A stretch of 64,000 bases of DNA, taken from the NCBI GenBank assembly GCA_018692915.1, contig JABHLG010000009.1:9332-73331 (forward strand), given 5' to 3'. A program made the position numbers and the translations under genes. The DNA is from Candidatus Woesearchaeota archaeon. GTDB lineage: Archaea > Nanobdellota > Nanobdellia > UBA10117 > JABICX01. This document shows positions 1-9,858 of the stretch, piece by piece; position 1 is the stretch's first letter, and every line of letters starts with the position of its first letter. The notes under the pieces were generated by a model that worked only from the letters and a program-made list of their open reading frames with translations, searched no databases and had not been told where the DNA came from.

Positions 1-948
1 TGTTGCTTTGTGGTTAGAACCAAATACAATATCAATATTTAGTTGTTTGGCGTATGTAAATAATTGCTCTTTAATGTGCTCAATTTTAGCAACTGTATCC
101 TTTTTCAGCTCCTCTAATTTAACTAACTCATTAACTAATTTGACGCCATCTTCTTTCTTGAATTCTTCCGGTTCAAGTTCTTCAACTTTGTGCAGGTGTT
201 TCCAGTGCGGACAAATTGATTGATAACCACACCACTTACATAAAGCAGTTTTATTTGGTTTAAATTCAGTAGCAGACTCTATTTTCTTAATAGCTTTCAT
301 AATTTCATTTTGCAACTGAACAAGTGATTTATCACTACGAACTGATTCAACTTCTTTATCAAAAGCTAGCATGTGCCATCTTAATATAACTTTTTTAGCA
401 TCACTAAATTTGTTTTTAACCCATATAGAATACATTGCCAATTGCCTGTCTGCGTCAGCAGAAGATTGGTCTTTCATTCCAGCATTTGTTTTGTAATCAC
501 ATACAAAATACGTAGAACCTTTGCAACCGAGCTTATCTATCCGAACATGATATTGGTTTCCATCTGGCAAGGTAAGTCTATCCTGCGTTTCCAGACCAAT
601 AATTTTCATCTCATTGAATGGTTTGAACCGTTTGTAATAATCTTCAAGAAATTTCTCACCCATTCGTCGATAGTTTTGTTTTGTTATATTCTCCTTAACG
701 ATTTTTACATTATCTGTCCAGTTCTTACGCCACTGTTTTCTGTAAAATATTATTAGCTGATCAAAAGTCATTATTCTGCAACATTTAGCTCGGCGATATA
801 ATTCTTCAAGAGCTTCGTGAACACGTGAACCCATAAACGCTTCAATACCCGTATCAATATCTGGCTTTATTCTATCAATATATCGATATTTGTACTGCAG
901 AGGGCATGTTTCAAAGGTATTTAATCTCGAATGTGAGTATGTAGCCAT
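1..948 (-). CDS. Cas4-like / RecB-family PD-(D/E)XK nuclease with C-terminal Cys cluster (partial; C-terminus beyond window start)
   Basis: Hand translation of the minus strand from ATG at 948-946 runs open to position 1. The N-terminus MATYSHSRLNTFETCPLQYKYRYIDRIK carries the SxSRLxxFxxCP motif, there is a DYKTN (DYKTG-like) catalytic motif, and a CKWCGYQSIC cluster. It is absent from the ORF track only because it runs off the edge. The two plus-strand ORFs at 8-223 and 442-756 lie inside it. Confidence 0.6.
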   Translation of the reverse strand, partial: MATYSHSRLNTFETCPLQYKYRYIDRIKPDIDTGIEAFMGSRVHEALEELYRRAKCCRIMTFDQLIIFYRKQWRKNWTDNVKIVKENITKQNYRRMGEKFLEDYYKRFKPFNEMKIIGLETQDRLTLPDGNQYHVRIDKLGCKGSTYFVCDYKTNAGMKDQSSADADRQLAMYSIWVKNKFSDAKKVILRWHMLAFDKEVESVRSDKSLVQLQNEIMKAIKKIESATEFKPNKTALCKWCGYQSICPHWKHLHKVEELEPEEFKKEDGVKLVNELVKLEELKKDTVAKIEHIKEQLFTYAKQLNIDIVFGSNHKAT

Positions 949-985
949 ATAAAATGTAAGAAAATAAAGCATATAAGCGTTATGT

Positions 986-1138
986 TTAGTCGGATTTCTT
1001 CTTCTTAGGCTTGTTCCAATAAGGAGACTTACAACTAGGACAGATTATTGGATCTTCTTTGGTCTTTATGCGAGGAATCCATTTATGACTGCAGCGTTCG
1101 CATCTGAATCCATCCATAGTAATCTTAATCTTAGCCAT
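986..1138 (-). CDS. small zinc-ribbon protein (50 aa, two CxxC pairs)
   Basis: Minus-strand ORF MAKIKITMDGFRCERCSHKWIPRIKTKEDPIICPSCKSPYWNKPKKKKSD, below the 60-aa track cutoff. It lies 37 nt upstream of, and co-oriented with, the nuclease gene. Confidence 0.4.
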   Translation of the reverse strand: MAKIKITMDGFRCERCSHKWIPRIKTKEDPIICPSCKSPYWNKPKKKKSD

Positions 1139-1199
1139 TATACAATTAAAAGCATAGGAATTATATAAATCTTTCTAGAACATAGGTTATATAAACATT

Positions 1200-2600
1200 A
1201 CTTATATACGTAAGAAATAGAAAACTTTATATAGAATTAATACTTACATAAGTTATACTTAGTTAAGTAAGTTATTAGGAATGGAATTTGATTTGAAAGG
1301 TTTGTCACGGGAAGAAAGAGGGCGACTGCTAGCCAGAAAAAGCGGAATCTCAAAAACTGAACTTGGATGGTCAGTCCCATCTCAGACTGACAATAATCTC
1401 TATCTGGTTCGCTTTGATGGTTGTGGACCAACCTGCAATTGTAAGGATTATCAAATTAGAGACGTAAAATGCAAGCATATCCATGCAGTTGAATTTCACA
1501 TAATGCGCGAGGTCGATAAGAACGGAAGCGTTACAGTAACAAAAAAGGTGATGTATTCGCAGAAGTGGACAGCCTACAACACGAGTCAGACAAACGAGAA
1601 GCTTGTTCTTATGAAACTTTTGAAGGATTTGGCTAGTAACGTAAAGCAGCCAGAATACAAGTTCGGCAGACCAACTCTTCCTTTTTCAGACATGGTTTTT
1701 GGTTCAGTTATGAAAATCTATTCAACTTTCTCGTTGCGCAGGTTCATTTCAGACATGAAAATAGCAAAAGAAATGGGTCTAGTTGACAAGGTTCCGTGCT
1801 ACTCGACGATTAGTAACTTCATGAACAGAGAAGAACTTACATCTATTCTGAGACAGTTAATTCAACTTAGCTCTTTACCTTTGAAAGAAGTTGAAGAAGA
1901 CTTTGCTATTGACAGTTCAGGATTCTCAACTTCTAGGTTTGCTCGTTGGTTTGATCATAAATGGGGCAAAGAGACAAAGTACCGCGTCTGGATTAAAGCA
2001 CACCTGTGCTCAGGAGTTAAAACAAATATAGTAACAAGTGTTGAAATTACAGAAGGAACTGAGCACGATACTAAACAGCTTCCAGCGCTGATCCAAGAAA
2101 CTGCTAAGAATTTCAATCTAAGTGAAGTAAGTGCAGATAAGGCGTACTCAAGCAAGAAAAATCTAGCCTTAATTGATGAAGCTGGAGCAGTTCCGTTTAT
2201 TCTATTCAAGAAAAACGCCACAGATAAGCGAGTTGGATCATACATCTGGAAGAAAATGTATCACTATTTTATGTACAAGCATGATGAGTTTCTGAATCAC
2301 TATCACAAGAGAAGCAATGCTGAGACTGTCTTTCATATGATTAAAACTAAATTCAAAGGAGATCTGCGAAGCAAGTGTAAGACAGCACAGATAAATGAGC
2401 TTCTATGCAAGGTGCTATGCCACAATATCTGTGTTATAATCCAAGAAATAATGGAACTAGGCATAAAAGCAGAGTTCCAAATGGAGATTTCTAACTAAGA
2501 AAAAATCTGACTAGAAATAATACAAAAAATAATGAATAAGAATAGTAAAAGATTCTTAGCTGTCTATCTATTTCAGTAAGTTATCTATTGTTCTTAAACC
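1200..2600 (+). mobile_element. putative IS element carrying the SWIM-DDE transposase (ends not defined)
   Basis: Single transposase ORF, compositional shift, AT-rich flanks. Only a weak candidate terminal inverted repeat was seen (aagttatact near 1250 versus agataacttact near 2575 on the reverse complement). The boundaries are approximate. Confidence 0.3.
1281..2498 (+). CDS. IS4/IS5-family DDE transposase with N-terminal SWIM-type zinc finger
   Basis: CNCKDYQIRDVKCKHIH fits the CxCx(n)CxH SWIM pattern. DDE_Tnp_1 signatures are present: FAIDSSGFSTS, ADKAYSS, and KRSNAETVFHMIKTKF (the R..VE..F..K motif). GC content is visibly higher than the flanks. Confidence 0.75.
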   Translation: MEFDLKGLSREERGRLLARKSGISKTELGWSVPSQTDNNLYLVRFDGCGPTCNCKDYQIRDVKCKHIHAVEFHIMREVDKNGSVTVTKKVMYSQKWTAYNTSQTNEKLVLMKLLKDLASNVKQPEYKFGRPTLPFSDMVFGSVMKIYSTFSLRRFISDMKIAKEMGLVDKVPCYSTISNFMNREELTSILRQLIQLSSLPLKEVEEDFAIDSSGFSTSRFARWFDHKWGKETKYRVWIKAHLCSGVKTNIVTSVEITEGTEHDTKQLPALIQETAKNFNLSEVSADKAYSSKKNLALIDEAGAVPFILFKKNATDKRVGSYIWKKMYHYFMYKHDEFLNHYHKRSNAETVFHMIKTKFKGDLRSKCKTAQINELLCKVLCHNICVIIQEIMELGIKAEFQMEISN

Positions 2601-3041
2601 TTCAGCCATCGCCTCTTCGCCGTTTTGCTCAGCAAGTTCAATAGCTTTAGCATAATCTCCGCTTTCCACATAGACATTTAAAAATCCTTGATTATAAACC
2701 AGATCTGAAGCTGCTCGGGTCTTTTCTTCTTGACCGTATTCTCCAACCTTTTTATAGAAATCTGCATTTCCTTCACCCATAGCACCAAGAGCCATAAGTA
2801 AAGCAGTCTCTAACAGAGAATCGTCCTTTTTAGATATATTATCTGCAACTTTTGTTAAGCCTATTTCTTTAGCAAGTAAAACTGTTGCTTCTGAATCGTC
2901 TGTCTTAATATTGTATAGTGCTAGAATTTCCGGTTTTTTTGCTAATGCCTTAATTACTGCAGTTTGCGGATTAGTAAATTTTAAACTTTTAACCGCTTCT
3001 GTTACGTTTGCTTTAATTGCCATTTCACTTATGAGTGACAT
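2568..3041 (-). CDS. hypothetical protein (helical, 157 aa)
   Basis: ORF track entry with coding-like composition. No family recognised. Confidence 0.5.
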   Translation of the reverse strand: MSLISEMAIKANVTEAVKSLKFTNPQTAVIKALAKKPEILALYNIKTDDSEATVLLAKEIGLTKVADNISKKDDSLLETALLMALGAMGEGNADFYKKVGEYGQEEKTRAASDLVYNQGFLNVYVESGDYAKAIELAEQNGEEAMAEGLRTIDNLLK

Positions 3042-3295
3042 AATTAGTTTAAAAAGCTTCCTATTTGTAATTTGTATAGCGAAACACTAAATTATTTTAC
3101 ATTATATACTTGAGATATAAAAATACGCTGCTAGCGCAGCGGGCTAAGTTATTGATTAAAACTGCTGAAGGGAAAGCTGACTTGTTAGTTTAGTTTCTTT
3201 CTATATTGCAAAGAATAGACTTATTAAACAAAATCTACTTTTTAAACAAAGCCCAGATAATCATAAAGCTTTTAAACTATATATTTCACATATAA

Positions 3296-3865
3296 GTGAT
3301 AATTAAAATGATGAATCAACTATTAAAATTAATCAAAAGAGATCCTCAGTCGCTTAGAGAAAAAGAGATTAGATGTGAAGAAAATGCTCTAAAAAAGACA
3401 AAGCCTGTTGATCTTGTAGAAAATACACTAGAAAATAACCGAAATAGCGCAATGAATTTTAATAAAGATATGAATGGCATTAATGTATTATATACTAACT
3501 ATGGTATGCTTTTTGTTATTGACGAGCATGCTTATATAATTAATAAAGGATCTGCAAGAACTGGAGAAATTAGAGGACGATTTGATTTAAGAGAAATTAC
3601 ACCTGAGACGATTAAAAATATAGATATACTTCCAACATGGGATAATCGCCCAATTATTAATAGCTATGCAAGCGGCGGTGTTCTTAAACGAATAACAGAA
3701 CAATCTAGACCTATCTCTGGAGAAGAATCTAAACAAATTCTTGAAAAATTAGGATATACTCCAAAAAGAGTTTATTATGAATTAACTAGTATGGATCCAA
3801 ATGATCGTAATGCTGTTTTTACAGAGCTTGGTTTTAATAAATCTGAACTTTCTGATTTAATGTAA
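3296..3865 (+). CDS. hypothetical protein (189 aa)
   Basis: ORF track entry. No recognisable motif. Confidence 0.5.
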   Translation: MIIKMMNQLLKLIKRDPQSLREKEIRCEENALKKTKPVDLVENTLENNRNSAMNFNKDMNGINVLYTNYGMLFVIDEHAYIINKGSARTGEIRGRFDLREITPETIKNIDILPTWDNRPIINSYASGGVLKRITEQSRPISGEESKQILEKLGYTPKRVYYELTSMDPNDRNAVFTELGFNKSELSDLM

Positions 3866-3874
3866 TTTTTAAGA

Positions 3875-4240
3875 TTAGAAAACCTTCTTGACGTTATCTA
3901 AATCAAAAACTTCTTTGATATCAACAACTAAAACATGATGAGGTATTATATCATCACCTTTGCTCTTTTCCATAGTAATATCAAAATACTCTCCAGATGA
4001 GTATATCTCACATTTTCCACTAGCTGCATAATAGTATTTACCTTTATCTAAAGCAGCAAGAGAAACGTTTTTGTTGTGCTTCAAGTTCTCAAAGGATTTT
4101 TTCATCTGACAAATCCCAATAAGTAGCTTATTTTTATGAAATCCTAAAGAAATCACTGCAATTATCCTTGGATTGCCTGATTTTGAGCAAGTAGCTAAGA
4201 TTATTTCTTCTCTATCACCAAAAGCCTTCTTCCAATCCAT
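3875..4240 (-). CDS. pyridoxamine 5'-phosphate oxidase-like FMN-binding split-barrel protein (putative)
   Basis: Size and pattern (GNPRIIAVISLG ... HHVLVVDIKEVFDL) resemble PNPOx-like flavin-binding proteins. This is recognition by eye only. Confidence 0.4.
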   Translation of the reverse strand: MDWKKAFGDREEIILATCSKSGNPRIIAVISLGFHKNKLLIGICQMKKSFENLKHNKNVSLAALDKGKYYYAASGKCEIYSSGEYFDITMEKSKGDDIIPHHVLVVDIKEVFDLDNVKKVF

Positions 4241-4285
4241 AATAAAAGAACTATATTAAAATTATATAAGTTTTGTTAAAATCAC

Positions 4286-4504
4286 TTATTGATCTATTTT
4301 TCTTCGTGCGATTAGTGCTTCTTTTACTAACTCTAAGAAAAATGTAAGTGATTCTCTATCATCTTCTGAAATTTCACGATTATCTGCAGTAGTATTAACA
4401 CATTGTTCTAATAATCCAAATTCTCTTCCTTGTATGGATTTTGCTGGTTTGTATAATCTATCAGGGTTTTCTTCAGTGCTTTTTTTAATATTATATTTTT
4501 TCAT
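4286..4504 (-). CDS. hypothetical small protein (72 aa)
   Basis: ORF track entry in an intergenic-free context. Confidence 0.3.
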   Translation of the reverse strand: MKKYNIKKSTEENPDRLYKPAKSIQGREFGLLEQCVNTTADNREISEDDRESLTFFLELVKEALIARRKIDQ

Positions 4505-4514
4505 AGTTAATCCA

Positions 4515-4754
4515 TTAAGAAATATTTGGTATAATGTAATTCATATTATACTCTTCATATGTCCATTTATATGGTGAATCTTGACCTGTGCTAACTTCAC
4601 AAACTAATTTAAATACATCTGGACTCATAACTAATTTTCTTATATCGTCTTTGTCTAGCTCTGGAAAAATATCGAACGCATCGTTAAAAGCTTTGAACTT
4701 AGGATGAAACATTCCTGTATTTCTAAGTAACTCTAAAGATTCTTTAGATCTCAT
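4515..4754 (-). CDS. hypothetical small protein (79 aa)
   Basis: ORF track entry, co-oriented with the neighbouring gene. Confidence 0.3.
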   Translation of the reverse strand: MRSKESLELLRNTGMFHPKFKAFNDAFDIFPELDKDDIRKLVMSPDVFKLVCEVSTGQDSPYKWTYEEYNMNYIIPNIS

Positions 4755-4830
4755 GTTACTAATCAGTAATATTGGTTTTTAAAGGTTTCTGAAATAAAAA
4801 CCCTTTTAAACCGTCACTGGACAGTAATTT

Positions 4831-5337
4831 ATGGCATTTAGTAACCTAGACCATTCTGATTTAGGAGATATTCCAAAAGATATAAAAATTAGTCTAATAT
4901 TACCTAATTTAAATGTGGGAACTAATCCAATAGTTACAAAACCAATTATATATAACTCTAAAATACTTAAAAAAGCATACATAAGCGCATTAAAAAAATC
5001 TGTAGATAAATTAGATGATATAGAGTTTGACCCTAAAGATTATGATTGCCAAAGAGCATTAGATTTAGATATATATGCTACTGAACTAAAGACTAACGGT
5101 TTTAAATTTTCTGGCGCAGATATGTATAACACATTAACAGTTAAACTTGCTGTTATAGATACTTGCAAAGCAGTGCCTTCTCTTAAAAAAATTCTTGATA
5201 TGAAGACAAAAACGCATAGTCAATTACTAAATTATACACAAGGTGATGAAATTGCTATGAGAATTTATGAATCAAACTTATCAAATCAAAAAGGGCTTGA
5301 TATAGAACCATTTCTTAAAAATATGCCTAAATTATAA
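4831..5337 (+). CDS. hypothetical protein (168 aa)
   Basis: ORF track entry. Confidence 0.4.
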   Translation: MAFSNLDHSDLGDIPKDIKISLILPNLNVGTNPIVTKPIIYNSKILKKAYISALKKSVDKLDDIEFDPKDYDCQRALDLDIYATELKTNGFKFSGADMYNTLTVKLAVIDTCKAVPSLKKILDMKTKTHSQLLNYTQGDEIAMRIYESNLSNQKGLDIEPFLKNMPKL

Positions 5338-5351
5338 TTAAAATAAGGTAT

Positions 5352-5891
5352 TTATTCAGCCTTTTCTTCTTCAGACTTCTCTTCTTTCTTATCTTCCTTA
5401 GGTGCTTCTTCTACTTTTTCTTCATTTGCTGGCTCTTCAGTTGCTTCTTCCTTAGCTTCTTCAACTGGAGCTGCAGGTTTCTCTTCTTTCTTTTCTTCTA
5501 CAGGTTTTGCTTCTAAACCTAATAGCTTTGCAATAGTGTCTTTTCCAGCTTTTACAACTTTGCAGTTGATTTGAGCTGTTTGATCAGAAATAGTATTACC
5601 TCTAATTGAGCGTCTCTTTCTCTGGCCTTTTATTTTTGAGTTAAATCCTAAACTTCTAGTTACAACAACCTTTTTTCGTCCAGGACCATCAATATCTTTT
5701 CTCATTGGAAAACCAGAAGTATCTGAACCGCCTGTAACTTCTAATTCATAGCCGTTCAGTCCTATGATTTCGCCACGGAATTTTTCATTAATTTTCTTTC
5801 CGAAAAGCTTCTCAGCATCAGCTCCACTAACAACATGTTTGAATACTTTCTTTTCTTGTTTTGAGCCAATTGCTAACTTTATCTCAACCAT
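5352..5891 (-). CDS. rps6e: 30S ribosomal protein S6e with K/E/A-rich C-terminal extension
   Basis: GYELEVTGGSDTSGFPMRKDIDGPGRKKVVV ... KGQRKRRSIRGNTIS is the S6e signature. About 50 aa of EEKKE/AP-rich tail follow. Confidence 0.85.
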   Translation of the reverse strand: MVEIKLAIGSKQEKKVFKHVVSGADAEKLFGKKINEKFRGEIIGLNGYELEVTGGSDTSGFPMRKDIDGPGRKKVVVTRSLGFNSKIKGQRKRRSIRGNTISDQTAQINCKVVKAGKDTIAKLLGLEAKPVEEKKEEKPAAPVEEAKEEATEEPANEEKVEEAPKEDKKEEKSEEEKAE

Positions 5892-6007
5892 TAGAATTAC
5901 CGAGGATAAGGGTTTTTAAGTCTTTCTGAAAGAAAAAACTTTACTATCTGATTTATTTTCAGCTTAGTTAAAGCTTATGGCATTCAAAATACTTATAAAA
6001 CATATTT

Positions 6008-6466
6008 TTGTTGTGTATTATGATAAACACTCCCGAAAACATTCCCATATCAACAAAAACAAAACATTTGTTTTATCAGACGCTAATAAAACAAGGTATA
6101 TTGATCCCCACAAAAGAACAAGATATATGCACTCCGGAAGAATTATCATTTATTAATAATATTCATAAAAAAAGTGGCAAATTGCAAAATGATATGTATT
6201 TACATGAAAAAGTTAATAATTATATAAATAATGTAGTCGGATTATTATTAGATATAAATGTAAAAATAGAAATTAAATTTAAATTTTCTAATTATTTGCT
6301 AAACAAAATAAATACTGGCGAAGAAACACCTAATGAAATGGAAGCAAAAAACACAATAGATACGATTTTATCTCAATATTTACCTGAAGATATTGATTTT
6401 CCAGATACTTTAGATATAATGGAGACTTCTTTTCAAATTAATCAAGACCAACATGATATGTTCTAA
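6008..6466 (+). CDS. hypothetical protein (152 aa)
   Basis: ORF track entry. N-rich and low complexity. Confidence 0.35.
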   Translation: MLCIMINTPENIPISTKTKHLFYQTLIKQGILIPTKEQDICTPEELSFINNIHKKSGKLQNDMYLHEKVNNYINNVVGLLLDINVKIEIKFKFSNYLLNKINTGEETPNEMEAKNTIDTILSQYLPEDIDFPDTLDIMETSFQINQDQHDMF

Positions 6467-6480
6467 GGCAGTATAAATAA

Positions 6481-8256
6481 CTAAATGCCCCATATTTCTT
6501 TCTCTCGTCTATGGATTTCTGCAATTTCATTAAGGGTTGTCTTTTCTTGTCCATTTAATAATTTTTTAACTCCCTTTAACTGTTTAAAACTTGATTCGGG
6601 CACATCAATATACAACTCATCTCCACCTTCTGCATTTCTGCCAATTGTAATTCCCTTAACAGAAAGCGCTGCTTGCTCGCCTTGTTTTATCTCATCTAAC
6701 TTTTTTCCAGCATCTTCAACACTTTTTATTGTTCCGATAACAAGCCCATCTTTATTCATTATATGTGTATTTGCTCGTATCTTACCTGCAAGAACTTCCA
6801 CACCAAAAATAGCGGGACCTGATTGTCTAAATATATATTGAGGAAGTATTCTAAATTTTCCTGGCCAAGTTATACCTTGTAGCTTTTCTATTTCTGCTTT
6901 CTTTTTCAGCACTTCAATTTGTTCTTCATATTCTTCAACAATTTTGTAAATAACAGGATGACAGATAACAGGAATACTTTCTTTTTCAGCTTCTTTTTTT
7001 ACAGAATCAATACATTTTACATTAAATCCTAGCACAAACCCTGCGCCTATAACTTCTTTCTGACTAGCTGCTTCTAAAACATCATTCTTTGATATGTCTC
7101 CAATATCTGCTTTCTTAATCTGAATACCTTTTTGTTTTAGCAAATTTGCAGCAGCTTCAATTGACCCAAGAGTATCTGCTTTAAGAATAATTCCTACATC
7201 ATCAGTCTCAATTAAAACTTCTTCAATTTCATTTAAAATTCGCTCTTTTGCTTCATCAATTTCATCTTGATTTCTACCTGACGCAAATGGTGCTCCTGCA
7301 AGTGCTTTATCCAAGTCAGGTGCAAGAATTTTGATTCCTGTTGCAGCTACAACTTTATCTACGTGCTTAAAGCTACTCTTGCTATCGCGTATTTCAGATA
7401 ATGGCAATGGCTTAAGCAAAGACCTAATCTTTGTGTCAAAAACATCTACGCCCCCAACAATAATCGTATCTTCTTTAGTTAGAGAACCTGCGTAAATAAT
7501 AACATCCGCAGTAGTTCCCATTCCTTTTTCTTCCTTTATTTCGAGAATTGTTCCTTGTGCAGGTTTATTTACATCAATCTCAAGTTTATCATGTAAAAAT
7601 TTCTGTGAAAGTCCGGTTAAAATCGCTAATAGCTCTGCAACTCCTTCTCCAGAATGTCCTGAAACAGGAACAATAGCAACATTTTTGCTATAATCATCAA
7701 CTTGATTATAAATGTTTGAATCAAAACCTAATTCAGATAACTCTCCAATCAATTTGTAAAATCTTGTTTCGTAAGCTTCTTTTGCTTGCTGAGTTTGCTG
7801 TTTAAGATTTGATAAAAAAGTTTTGTCGTGAGGTTTCCATCCAGTTATCCTATCAACTTTTGTAGCTGCTACAATAAATGGAACTTTGAAAGTTTTAAGA
7901 ATCTGAATAGCTTCTTTTGTCTGAGGCTGAACACCTTGATTAATATCAATTATAAGAACTGCAAGGTCTGCAATTGACCCACCTCGCTTTCGCAGGTTTG
8001 TAAATGCTTCATGACCTGGTGTATCTATAAATAAAAGCCCTGGAATAGTAAATTTCAGATTAAAAACCTCTAAAAGACCACCACAAACCTTTTTCAGCGT
8101 GCCAATTGGCACTTCTGTTGCACCAATATGTTGTGTAATCTTACCTGCCTCTCTCTGAGCAAGAGTGGTTCCCCTAATATAATCAAGCAAAGTTGTTTTG
8201 CCATGGTCTACATGACCCAACACAGTAATTATTGGTTGTCGAATAATTTTAATCAC
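6481..8256 (-). CDS. infB: translation initiation factor aIF5B (IF-2)
   Basis: G-domain GHVDHGKTTLLDYIRGT and DTPGHEAF. Length and domain order are typical of aIF5B. Confidence 0.95.
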   Translation of the reverse strand: MIKIIRQPIITVLGHVDHGKTTLLDYIRGTTLAQREAGKITQHIGATEVPIGTLKKVCGGLLEVFNLKFTIPGLLFIDTPGHEAFTNLRKRGGSIADLAVLIIDINQGVQPQTKEAIQILKTFKVPFIVAATKVDRITGWKPHDKTFLSNLKQQTQQAKEAYETRFYKLIGELSELGFDSNIYNQVDDYSKNVAIVPVSGHSGEGVAELLAILTGLSQKFLHDKLEIDVNKPAQGTILEIKEEKGMGTTADVIIYAGSLTKEDTIIVGGVDVFDTKIRSLLKPLPLSEIRDSKSSFKHVDKVVAATGIKILAPDLDKALAGAPFASGRNQDEIDEAKERILNEIEEVLIETDDVGIILKADTLGSIEAAANLLKQKGIQIKKADIGDISKNDVLEAASQKEVIGAGFVLGFNVKCIDSVKKEAEKESIPVICHPVIYKIVEEYEEQIEVLKKKAEIEKLQGITWPGKFRILPQYIFRQSGPAIFGVEVLAGKIRANTHIMNKDGLVIGTIKSVEDAGKKLDEIKQGEQAALSVKGITIGRNAEGGDELYIDVPESSFKQLKGVKKLLNGQEKTTLNEIAEIHRREKEIWGI

Positions 8257-8331
8257 CTATAATAAACAAAAGACAACTTTGTTTTTAAGGCTTTTCAGAA
8301 AATTATATATTTAAATAAAGATTAGTTTAAT

Positions 8332-8559
8332 ATGGATTCTATGTTTACGAGAAACCCAATTAGTAGAATGAAACTAGAGCTTCAGCTAGCTAAAATGAAG
8401 CTTAAAGAGAAATCAAAACTGCGTAGAGAACGCAAGATTGAAAAGCTTAAGCAAAAAGCTATTGAAAACAAATCAAAATTAGAACTTCTTCAACTCAAGC
8501 TAAAGAATAAAAAATTAAAGAGCAAGAGAAAACGATTGAAAAGGAAGCTTAGGAAATAA
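8332..8559 (+). CDS. hypothetical Lys-rich coiled-coil small protein
   Basis: 75-aa ORF, highly basic (KLKEKSKLRRERKIEKLK...). It could equally be a spurious ORF in AT-rich DNA. Confidence 0.25.
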   Translation: MDSMFTRNPISRMKLELQLAKMKLKEKSKLRRERKIEKLKQKAIENKSKLELLQLKLKNKKLKSKRKRLKRKLRK

Positions 8560-8561
8560 TT

Positions 8562-9323
8562 CTATGCAGGTATCCAATAACCTTCTATAGGGTATGTTGT
8601 GGCAGTGATTCTTTGAGGTTTATTTTCAATTAAATCTAATTCTACGCCACAATATTTAACAAAATAACGAAAATCATCTATTGATTTTTTTGAATTAAGA
8701 AAACTATTACTAAAATTATTCATTACAAACATTGCGCTATCTCCTTTAGCATCTCTATTTGGTAAACCCTCACATGTACGCATCATATTTAAATTAACTT
8801 GATAAGGAGAGTCATCTTCTAACTTTACATCTATTTCTTCTATTTTATTATAAGAAAAAGAATGTAAATCTTCAAGTGAATCTATAATTTCTTGTTTGAA
8901 TCCTTCCTCAGGAGATATTTTATTTCGATTAAATAGGCATTTGCAATAAAATGCTAATTTTAAATGATATCCTTGATTATATATATCCTGTGAAACTAAT
9001 TTTGCAAAAAATTGCCCTTCTGAAAACCCTCTTTTATCCAAAACAGGAGTTATCTCTAATGCAAATCGTATATCTTCATTTTCCAATATATCCATTAAAT
9101 CGTTTTTGTGTCCTTCTATTTCATCATCAATATCATTAATTTTATTCTTCACTTGAGCAATATCATGTTCATAATCTTTTTGAGGTTCGCTATAATACGC
9201 GCCCTGTTCACTTTCTAATTGTGCTATTTTATTTCTTAGTGGAGGCTGCTCTTCACGAAGTGGATAAATTGCATCTACATGCACTTCAAATGGTGATGGT
9301 TCTTTTATTTTTTCTGTTGTCAT
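8562..9323 (-). CDS. hypothetical protein (253 aa), first gene of an unknown three-gene operon
   Basis: ORF track entry. It is 2 nt from the next gene. No known motif. Confidence 0.55.
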   Translation of the reverse strand: MTTEKIKEPSPFEVHVDAIYPLREEQPPLRNKIAQLESEQGAYYSEPQKDYEHDIAQVKNKINDIDDEIEGHKNDLMDILENEDIRFALEITPVLDKRGFSEGQFFAKLVSQDIYNQGYHLKLAFYCKCLFNRNKISPEEGFKQEIIDSLEDLHSFSYNKIEEIDVKLEDDSPYQVNLNMMRTCEGLPNRDAKGDSAMFVMNNFSNSFLNSKKSIDDFRYFVKYCGVELDLIENKPQRITATTYPIEGYWIPA

Positions 9324-9325
9324 TT

Positions 9326-9856
9326 TTATCTCATATATCTTCCAATGTAATTATAGCCACGTCCTTTTTCGTTAGGTTCTTTTCTGATATTAGCTAATAA
9401 TATACGATGATATTCAGTGATTAAATCATCTGTTAATTTTGGTGTGATAGGTCTTAATGAATCAATATCAACAAGTAACTCTCTTTTGCGTTCAACATTT
9501 TCCTCGGAAATCAATTGATCTTCTAAACTCTTTTTTTCTGTTTCATAGATATGTTCTCTTAATCCCCTTAAACGCGATTTAAGTGCATCTATGTTTATGC
9601 TAAAATCTATATCTTTATTCTCGCATTGATCTATATTCATATGCGTTTTGTAAATATCTATACGGCTATTAAGACAATACCCTTGATATCCTCGAAGATC
9701 ATCTATCCATTTAATTGCACTAGTTCTTGCAGCGTTTTTATTATCATAGACACCTGCGAATATGCTTTCAGATTCATAACCACTACCCCAGCGGCCACCC
9801 GTAACATAATCAACTTTTATAATATATATGTCTTTTTTTGATGTCTTTTTTGCCAT
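9326..9856 (-). CDS. hypothetical protein (176 aa)
   Basis: ORF track entry, tightly packed within the operon (9323/9326 and 9856/9859). Confidence 0.55.
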   Translation of the reverse strand: MAKKTSKKDIYIIKVDYVTGGRWGSGYESESIFAGVYDNKNAARTSAIKWIDDLRGYQGYCLNSRIDIYKTHMNIDQCENKDIDFSINIDALKSRLRGLREHIYETEKKSLEDQLISEENVERKRELLVDIDSLRPITPKLTDDLITEYHRILLANIRKEPNEKGRGYNYIGRYMR

Positions 9857-9858
9857 TT

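Noticed and set aside
8-756. Plus-strand ORFs 8-223 and 442-756 from the track
   Set aside because: Both lie inside the open minus-strand frame of the Cas4-like nuclease (1-948). That frame has strong family motifs, whereas the plus-strand ORFs have none.
3127-3142. GC-rich perfect hairpin cgctgc-tagc-gcagcg between divergent genes
   Set aside because: It is isolated, sits between two divergently transcribed starts, and is not in a terminator position. No function can be argued from sequence alone.
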